Shown here one piece after another: positions 55,307-64,000 of a DNA stretch of 64,000 bases (position 1 is its first letter; every line of letters begins with the position of its first letter). The stretch is from Dipteris shenzhenensis (taxonomy: Eukaryota), in the NCBI GenBank assembly GCA_047967505.1, contig CM106538.1. One strand, written 5' to 3'. The notes beneath the pieces were generated by a model. It searched no databases, had not been told where the DNA came from, and saw nothing but the letters and a program-made list of their open reading frames with translations. The translations under genes and the position numbers were made by a program.

Positions 55307-58300
55307 TGTGGGGGTTAAAGGTCACTGTGCCTTAACCCCAGTTATGTACAATACTCAAACACATATATAAATGAATGAAAAAGAAGATTAGGGTGGTTCT
55401 GCACCCACCAAAACTTGTGTGGCTCTCTCTCTCTCTCTCTCCTTCTTCCGTTCTTGCTTCCGTTGTGAGCACTCTCAACTGGTATCAGAGCCCGAGTGAT
55501 CTAGCTGAGCGTGCGTGAATGCTTGGAAGCTCAGCAGCTCTGTGGGAGGAAGGAGAAGCTCTGTGGGAAGCTTTGTGGGTGACTTTACTTGCATCCGAGT
55601 GTGCAGAGACCTTGGAGGAACATTTGGAAAAGTCACTTTGGCTTTGCGAAGTGGTTTTGAGAGCCTGTTAAGAGCTTTCAAAGAAAAAGTCGTTTTTTGA
55701 GCTTTTCCCTGTTCCGTTCGATGACAGAGACTCCGTATTGACTTGTAGAGGCAACTATTGCTTGCTTTTGGTGTCCACATTACTTCAAGAGCCTGGAAAC
55801 ACCTTTATTCTTGAATCCGGGATCATTTCATTGGATTTCTGACTCACTGTGTCAGTTTCTGCGTTTTTTGCCCGGGTGTTGGAACTCAAGTTTGGAGCAA
55901 CCATTTGCAGATCTGTCAGTTCCGGTGGACTCAGGAGGTGCTAAAACTTCTATGTTGCTCATCATTCGCACTCCGGTGGAGTTTACAGATAGCTCTGTTT
56001 CCAAAAACGTTTTTCAGTCCGTGTGTTGGACCGAGTGATTGAGACCACGGTTTCCAAAACCGTCTGTCCCATTGCGTTCCGGATGCCCAAAAACCCCTAC
56101 CTATCAGTTCTTGCGTGATTCGGTGGAGGATTTTCAGAGTTATAAATCTCTGTGTATTCGATTTCGTCTCTCTGTTATGCATTTTTCATACTAAGGTTTT
56201 GAAACCTTAGATTTATGCCACATGGCAGTGGATAAGTGTTGACTCCCATTTCTCACTCATCCGGTTGGGATTTTGGAGTTCTGGCAGAAGAGAGATATTT
56301 GCAGATTTTCTTGCTGAGTCCGATTATGCAATGGCGCCCATGTTTTGAAGCATCTCAGGTTCTATTTTCAGTAGCGCTCATTACCGTGGGACTATGATTT
56401 CTTGAGCATACCTTATGCAGATCACTCTGGTTGCAGTTTGAGCAGTGTGCGCTCATTCGTGGTATGCATTGGGTTGCAGTGGATGATTTATAGGCCATTT
56501 GGATGCATTGCGGTCCTTGTTGGATGCGCTGATAGGCCCAAATTGCCTTGTGGGATGCTATTTTTTTATGGACGCTTTGCACATGGATGCTATTTTATGC
56601 TGAGGGACAGCTTTGACACATTGCAGGTGACGCACTGATAGTGCTATGCTCTCTTGGATGAGACATTATTGATGCATATGCCAGTGGACAGTGTTTATGC
56701 TTGAGTCATTTGGCACTTATTGGCATTTTCTTTTGGGCCAGATTTGCTCATATGGATGCATAGTATATGCACATGAGTCAGATGCTTTGAGTTTTGAGTT
56801 TTGGTGATATTTCACTCTATTGTGGCATACACATTTGGGTGCACTTGGTATTTGGTGTGATTCTCTCTTGCAGGCACTAGCATTTGGGATTTTGCTTTAT
56901 TTGCATCATGGCATCCTCTTCCATGTCTGAAAAGGAGTTTTTCAGCATTAAAAAGTTTGATGGGACAAACTTTTCTTTGTGGAAAGAACAAATAAGGGAT
57001 GTGCTTATTCAAAAGAAGCAGATTAAACCCTTGGCAGGGATTGAAGCTAAGCCTGCAAATATGTCTGAGGATGATTGGAATGAGTTGGATGCATTAGCAA
57101 AGTCTACTATTAGACTTCATCTTGCAGAGTCAGTTTATTTCACAGTAGTAAATGAGCAGACTACGGAAGATTTGTGGAAGAAATTGTGTGCCACTTATGA
57201 GAAGGAAACTGCCTCTAATAAAGTTTACCTCATGAAGAGGTTGTTTGAGCTGCAGATGAAGGAAGGGGTCTCCATTGCTTCTCACTTGAATGAATTCAAT
57301 ATTATTTTCAGCCAGCTTCAGGCTCAGAAGATGAATTTTGATGCGGAGACTAAGGCAATATTTCTCTTATGTTCATTGCCATCCTCATGGGATACCTTCC
57401 GTACAGATGTCAGTAACTCTGCACCTGGTGGAGTACTGAAATTTGATGATGTTGTGGGTAGCTTGTTGGCCGAGGAGATTAGACGGAAGTCTATGGATGG
57501 CAACAAGCAGGATGCAGCCTTAAATGTGCAAAGGGGTAGATCACAGTTCAGGGGGAAGTCCCAAGAAAGAGGGAAGTCTCGTAGCAAATCCAGGGCACGG
57601 AACATTGAGTGTTACCATTGTGGCAAGAAGGGCCATATGAAAAAGGATTGCTACAAGCTGAAAAGAGAGCAAAAGGATAAGAAAAAGAATGCAAATTGGG
57701 GTGCAAATCAAAAGGAAGAGAGTCCAAGGGAGGACAAAGGAAAAGTGAAGATCGAGGAGATCAATGCAGTCACACGTGATAGTGACAATGATGTTCTCTT
57801 CATGTCTAGTTTATCTGCAGAGTTGCTTACCACTTCAGATGATGCATATTCCCAGGATTGGATTTTGGATTCTGGTGCTTCATTCCATGTTACTCCCCAT
57901 AGGGAATGGTTCTCCACTTATGATAGTGGAAAGACAGGTTGTGTGCATCTTGGAAATGACTATGCATGTGACATAGTGGGAGCAGGTGACATAAAGTTTT
58001 CTTTTGCAAATGGGTCTGCATTTGTTTTGAAACATGTGAGACATGTGCCTAAGCTGACCAAGAGTCTTATTTCAGTGGGTCAGCTAGATGATGCTGGTTT
58101 TCATACCACTTTTGGCTTTCAGAGCTGGAAAATGCAGAAGGGCTCTATGCTTTTGGCCAGGGGTGCCAAGTGTGGGACTTTGTATCCCTTACATGTATCA
58201 GGGGTATTTGATCATGTTGTTGCAATAACCGAGCAGCCAAGCACTTCTTTGTGGCATTGCAGGTTGGGGCACATGAGCCAGAATGGAATGAAACTCTTAT

Positions 58301-61196
58301 GTCGTTTGGGTTATGTACCGCATTTGAGTTTCTCTGATTTTGAATTTTGTGAGCACTGTCTCTATGGGAAGCAGACTAAATCAGCCCATAAAAGAAGGGG
58401 AAAGAAAGAGTTTGAAATGCTTGATTTGGTGCATTCAGACGTATGTGGTCCCATGCCTACACGGTCATTAGGCGGGGCTGAATACTATGTGACATTCATT
58501 GATGATGCAACTAGGAAAGTGTGGGCTTATGCTATAGCTCGGAAGAGTGATGTGTTCCAGGTATTTCAGAAATGGCTGGCCTTGGTTGAGAATCAGTCAG
58601 GTAGAATGCTTAAATGCCTACGGACTGACAATGGTGGAGAGTATCTCTCTCATGACTTTCAGCATTTCTGTGATACACGTGGGATTAAGAGGGAGCTCAC
58701 ATCCCCTCGTACTCCAGAGCAAAATCCAGTTGCAGAAAAGATGAACCGTACCATTCAAGAAAGGTTGCAATGTATGCTTTCCAATGCAAGTCTTTCTGGT
58801 GGTTTTTGGGCTGAGGCAATGAAGACTGCAGTGCATGTGATCAATAGATCACCTAGTAAGAGTTTGTATGGTGGTATTCCTGAAGAGGCATGGAGTGGAA
58901 ATAAGCCCTCTTACTCTCATTTGCGTATATTTGGGTGTGAGGCATATGCACATGTGCCAAAAGAGCTTCGAAAGAAGCTAGATCCTAAGTCTAGGAAATG
59001 CATCTTTCTGGGTTATGGTGAAAGTGGAGAGATGGGCTATCGTCTCTGGGATCTAGAAGCAAAGAAGATCATACGCAGCCATGATGTGGTCTTCAATGAG
59101 AAGAAGATGCATAAGGCACCCATGAGGGATGTGGAAATGAGGAGAATCACTTTCCAGGATGTGAATCCACCTACATATGTTGATAGACAACAAGCTGTCC
59201 ATGCACCAAATGTGCAAGAAATGGTACAACCAAGTACTCCCACAGGTATACAATCAAGGGTAGATGATGGATCATCTATTGGTGGAAATGATGAGCCAAA
59301 TGTGGCTGATATGCAAGTGGGACAGCAAGCTGAAATGCCCTTGAGAAGATCATCTAGAGTGTCTAGACCGCCTGATAGGTTTGTTCCAGGGGTAGACTAT
59401 GTGATGCTTACTGATTGCGGGGAGCCTTCTTGCTACAAAGAGGCTATGATGCGTGAGGATCAACGCAAGTGGGAGTATGCTATGCAATCAGAGATGAGTT
59501 CACTTATGAAGAATAAGACTTGGGACTTGGTTTCTTTGCCACATGGAAAGAAAGCATTGCCATGTAAATGGGTCTACAAAATGAAGGTCACAGGTGATGA
59601 TGTGCCTAGGTACAAGGCTCGCTTGGTTGCTAAAGGGTTCAAGCAAGAGAAGGGTGTGGACTTTGATGAGATATTCTCTCCGGTTGTGAAGATGACCACA
59701 CTTAGATGCATGCTTGGACTAGTGGCAGTAGAGGATATGGAGCTTATGCAAATGGATGTCAAGACAGCTTTCTTGCATGGGGATTTGCATGAGGAAATTT
59801 ACATGGTGCAGCCGGAAGGCTTTGAAGAAAAGGGCAAAGAGCATTTAGTTTGCAAGCTGAAGAAGAGTCTCTATGGTCTTAAGCAAGCGCCTAGAGAATG
59901 GTATCAGAAGTTTGATGCTTTCATTCGGTCCCAGGGTTTCAGAAGGAGTGAAATTGATCACTGCCTCTACACTAAAAGGGCTAAGGATAATAGCCTGATA
60001 ATCTTGGCACTATATGTGGATGATATGCTATTGGCTAGCAAGAATACTTATGAGCTAGATGCTTTAAACGCCAAGTCGCATGAGGCCTTTGATATGAAGG
60101 ATTTGGGACTTGCAGGTCATATTCTTGGTATGCGCATCACGCGTGATCGGAATAGGAAACTCCTTTGGCTTTCACAAAAAGAGTATGTTACAAAAGTATT
60201 ACAGCGTTTCAATATGGAGGGGGGGAAGGCAGTGAGTACTCCATTGCTTCCATATGTGAAACTGAGTCATACAGATAGTCCCAAATCAGATGAGGAAAAG
60301 GCCATGATGGCCAAGGTTCCTTATGCATCAGCAGTTGGGAGTCTTATGTATGCTATGATAGCTACTAGACCAGACATTGCATTTGCAGTGGGAGTTGTTA
60401 GCCGGTATATGGCTAATCCAGGAAAGAGGCATTGGGAGGTAGTTAAGTGCATCATGAGGTACATGAAGGGTACCAAGGAGATGTGCATTTGCTTTGGTAA
60501 AGGAGACATGCGTGTACTTGGGTACACAGATTCAGACTATGCAGGGCATGTGGATAGTAGGAGATCCACTTCCGGTTATGTGTTCACCTTTGCAGGTGGT
60601 GCAGTGTCGTGGATGTCTCGTGCATAGAAGTGCATTGCTTTGTCTACCACAGAGGCTGAGTATGTTGCAGCCACAGAGGGTTGCAAGGAGGCTATATGGC
60701 TTGATCGGCTAGTGGGAGATTTGGGGATTCATACAGGTGTACCGACATTGCATAGTGATTCCATGAGTGCTATTTAGCTAGCGCGGAGTCTGGTCTTTCA
60801 TGCAAAGACCAAACACATTGAGGTCAGGTACCATTTCATCAGGGAGGTACTTGAGGACAAGCGCATAGAGCTTGTCAAGGTTCATACAGATGATAACCCT
60901 GCAGATATGCTGACGAAGAGTCTACCTAGTCAGCGGTTTGAGTGTTGTCGTGTATTGATGGGCATTGGATAGTATGCTCACTGGTTGTTCTCCCTTAAAG
61001 GCACATTGTCCTTTAAGTGGGAGGTTGTGGGGGTTAAAGGTCACTGTGCCTTAACCCCAGTTATGTACAATACTCAAACACATATATAAATGAATGAAAA
61101 AGAAGATTAGGGTGGTTCTGCACCCACCAAAACTTGTGTGGCTCTCTCTCTCTCTCTCTCCTTCTTCCGTTCTTGCTTCCGTTGTGAGCACTCTCA
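55307..61196 (+). mobile_element. Full-length copia family E copy 2, TSD GCAAC/ACAAC
   Basis: 171-bp LTRs 55307-55477 and 61026-61196 that read identical, PBS at 55480-55491, PPT AAGTGGGAGG. Confidence 0.98.
56908..60972 (+). CDS. gag-pol: Copia E gag-PR-INT-RT-RH polyprotein with two premature TAGs in RNase H (60625, 60775)
   Basis: KFDGTNFSLWK, CYHCGKKGHMKKDC, WILDSGASFH, LRTDNGGEY, YVDDM, GYTDSDYAG. The frame continues to TAG 60970-60972. Confidence 0.95.
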
Positions 61197-61464
61197 ACAA
61201 CTGTGCTGAGGTGTGACAAAGTTGCATGGCCATTGCTAAAAATCCAGTGTTTCATGCACACACAAAACATATAGAGATTCAGTATCACTATGTGCATGAT
61301 TTTATCAAGGACGAGATAGTGGAATTTGTCTACTGTCCAATAGAGCAAAATGGAGTAGATATCTTAACCAAGGCACTCAGGAAGGATCAGCTTCAAGATC
61401 ATCTTTAGAGACTCAACATTAGGCCAAGAAGGTAGTTCACCTATGGGTGGACATTGAGGGGGGG

Positions 61465-62033
61465 TGTTAGATATGCTCAATGCCCCACCCTCCTGGTAAC
61501 CACCAGTGGTCCAAGGTGCTCAAGTTGAGAAGCCATGTGTGTGAGCCCGAGACATTGGATGGATCTTGACTTGCATGTTAGAGATGCGGTCTATTAATGA
61601 GACCATTGATTGTAGAAAGGTGATTGTGTGAGAGCCCCTTATTCTTACTGGGGCCTGGGTATAGGGAATATTCCTTGAATATTCCATGGACAACTAGTCG
61701 GTTCCACTGACTAGGTTGACTAGTTGGCTCCACCGACTAAGTTGACTAGTCGGTTCCACCGACTATGTTGATCTGACTACCGCCCTCATAGCTATAAAGA
61801 GGCAACCTTCCCAGTCCATTATATCAGATCACAGATCAGATCTTCTAGCTAGTAACTCTTCACCTAGTATCTGTCTAGATCACCATCTAAGCTCCACTAT
61901 GGGAGTGCACGGGTGGATGGAGCCATCATCTGTACTACATCAGTATTGAAGGAAAATGTTTTTCCTCTCCAGTTTGCTATGTACTCTCTATTCTTTGTTC
62001 AATTTCTATTCCGCTGCAAGGTGTAATTTAGCA
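61465..62033 (+). repeat. 3' LTR of copia family D
   Basis: Starts TGTTAG directly after the PPT, has TATAAA at ~61793 and is homologous to 27351-27818. The right end (TTAGCA) is inferred. Confidence 0.8.
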
Positions 62034-62581
62034 CCTCCCACTCCACATGAGTTATATACATAAATGAAGAGCACTCAAAACACCCCTCATGAGTCAAGAG
62101 TACAAACTCCAAACCACCCCGTACCCACACCACCTTAGATTACTCTTAGCCCAACAGGTGGTAGAGCTACCAACCTTCCCCCCTTCAGTAGTTAGGAGTC
62201 CCTTCTAAATCACAAAGCCGCAAGCCTCCCCCTATGTAGTCAGGTGGCTTCTAGATCACAGACTTGCCAGCCTACTCTTGTGCAGTCAGAAGCCTCTTCT
62301 CCAAAGGCGAGTGCCCATCACGGTAGCTCATCATGACATGGTAGGAGGCATAGTAGCAGGGAGAGCTCTTATGCATGGCACATGCTTTGGGGGTGGGGAT
62401 GATTCAAATGCAAACATGCCAGAGGGTGATGGTTAATCTACTATGTATCATTGAGATAGGCAGCATCTTGCATGATGCACAAGGGAAGGATGTCATGTCC
62501 TTCATGTGCTCTGCAGTTCATAACTGTTAGCTATCAATGCTCCACTCTCGTGTAACTACATGGGAACTAGCTAACTCTACT

Positions 62582-63251
62582 TGTAAGCCCCCCATATGAG
62601 GAGAAGGCATTTGAGTAGCTCGATTATCCAATAGGTCTTGGTTTGGACACCAAATGGGAGCCATGTGTGGCATGATGGCTGGATGGCTTTAGATAGAGTT
62701 GGCACACTGCCAACTAGGCTACATGCAAGTACCGGAAGGCATCCCTTGACTAACCGCACTGAGGGTAGATGGAGCATTTCTTGGGGCAGCCCACTCTTGA
62801 GTTGCGGGGCTCGTTTGGAGCCCCAGATGATCTCGGATGGTCAAACAGTGATCGTAGGATAGTTGCTCTATTTTGCACCACGGTTCTGACACATGGTCGG
62901 TGGCCTATTTTAGGACTGACCTCCAGTTAGCCGCTTTGGGTCGACTGGGTCGGTCTCCCAATTGGGTCTAACTGACTATGACTGGTGGCTATATAAGAGC
63001 AAGCCCATGAAGCCCATCATCATCATTGGGTATAGCAACCCTGATTCCTTAGCATCCAGCCTCCGTCCTCTATTGTTTCCAATATGCCATCGAAGCTTCT
63101 CACACAGGAGCACACGGCTGGGAGGCAGCGCCATCTATTGTATCAATTTTACAGTAATCAAAATTTTTGATTCTCCATACCATCTGCTTTTCTCTCTTGC
63201 ATACGAGATCTTATTATCTATTGAGCACAGACGTTGTATTATTTTCTTACA
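62582..63251 (+). mobile_element. Probable isolated LTR of another family
   Basis: Perfect inverted termini TGTAAG...CTTACA, TATATAAG at ~62990 and a T-rich 3' part. No TSD, PBS or PPT visible. Confidence 0.5.
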
Positions 63252-63470
63252 ATGACAACTACAAAGATTGCTTTATTCCATTCAAAGAGTAGAAAAAAAG
63301 TTTGGCTGATGATACCATCAAGACTATACGTAGGAGGTATCCCAATCTAGAACATGTTGAGTTCACTGACAAATGGGCAAAGACAAGGATTACCACTATC
63401 CTTGCCACCAATAAGAGGTCTTTGCTTAAGATGCAGGTAGTAGTTGAGATTGCTAGTAGAGAGGGAGGAC

Positions 63471-63723
63471 CTAGGGGGGTTCACCTCAAAAAAATTTAGT
63501 GTACCACATACATTCAAAAGGAGGGGTATTTGAATTCCACTTTAAAAAATTGATAGGTTTACGATAACAGGAGGGGTTTATTAATTCAACTCTAGAAAAA
63601 ATCCGTTATCTTATAAGTAAAGAGAGGTGGTTTTATTAGGTAGGAAATTTTAGCTGAGGGGTTTTTTAAATACCCCTTGAACGCACGTGATACATAGGGT
63701 TTCTTAGTAGTGCAACCCCCGAG
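63471..63723 (+). mobile_element. MITE (copy 2), 253 bp, 8-bp TSD
   Basis: Ends CTAGGGGGGTTCAC / GTGCAACCCCCGAG, flanked by GGGAGGAC and GAGAGGAC. Homologous to 20718-20974. Confidence 0.85.
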
Positions 63724-63889
63724 GAGAGGACAACCACCAAGGGGCTAGCCACACATTGCTCATAAGAATGAGTGGAAGAAAGCCATGAAGGAAGCAACAA
63801 AAGAGGACCCCAATCTGTAGCACGTGGAGGAATGATAGATCCAAATGGAGCGATGTGGAAATGTGCATTTTGGAGTAGCGGATATTGCA

Positions 63890-64000
63890 TGATTGAGATG
63901 ACAGACTTAGGCTTGATGCACTACTATTTGGGGATTGAAGTCTGGCAAGGCCATGCAAGATCTTCATCTCTTAGCAAAAATATGCAAGGGAGATCTTGAA
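63890..64000 (+). pseudogene. Copia family D-like RT fragment
   Basis: EMTDLGLMHYYLGIEVWQ matches 42381-42391 joined to 47041-47133 and so shows the empty site of the E1 insertion. Confidence 0.85.

Larger units (their letters stand above)
40750..62033 (+). mobile_element. Old Ty1/copia family D host element in four pieces (40750-42391, 47036-47501, 55152-55306, 61197-62033)
   Basis: After removing the nested elements the pieces join into INT (IRLDGGGEF), RT (KYKARLVAQGF, YVDDL, MTD/LGLMH) and RNase H (EAT/VLRCD, NPVFHAHTKHIEI), then PPT GAGGGGGGG and an LTR. Confidence 0.92.

Noticed and set aside
36631-60777. Alternative genetic code (TAG = Gln) or U-to-C editing explaining in-frame TAGs
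   Set aside because: Paralogous copies have CAG at individual sites (E1 versus E2), TAG is the true terminal stop of family E, and TAA/TGA stops and frameshifts also occur. Deamination is sufficient.
63260-63880. Decayed ORF interrupted by MITE copy 2, possibly a DNA-transposon accessory gene
   Set aside because: Too short and degenerate to assign.

Overview
Gene-free, transposon-saturated plant heterochromatin. The tRNA primer sites, the lineage mix and the methylation-type C>T decay point to a land plant, possibly a non-seed plant, but the host cannot be named from sequence alone. No host gene, RNA gene or CRISPR array is supported. From left to right the window holds: the 5' end of an Athila-like Ty3/gypsy element (minus strand, tRNA-Asp primer site, gag running off the left edge, extremely G-rich leader); tandem repeats and an unidentified decayed ORF; an old gypsy fused to a copia fragment that carries a solo LTR; a decayed Sola-like (GHTHEDID motif) DDE transposase beside a repeat array; hAT and CACTA transposase fragments; and an LTR-less copia. 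From 27.3 to 62.0 kb lies a nest in which an old copia (family D) hosts a half copia (B), two copies of copia E and one copia A, with a young full-length gypsy (27819-37508) inserted in a D-type LTR at its left end. A small TIR element with 8-bp target duplications occurs twice. The best novelty candidate is the young gypsy: three CCHC knuckles, an ~800-codon non-envelope extra ORF in frame with pol, an internal polypurine tract and splice acceptor just before that ORF, and no canonical 3' polypurine tract. Next is the ABRE/G-box/I-box array in the 2.8-kb leader of copia A. Family letters A, B, D and E are my own labels. Abbreviations: PBS primer binding site, PPT polypurine tract, TSD target site duplication.
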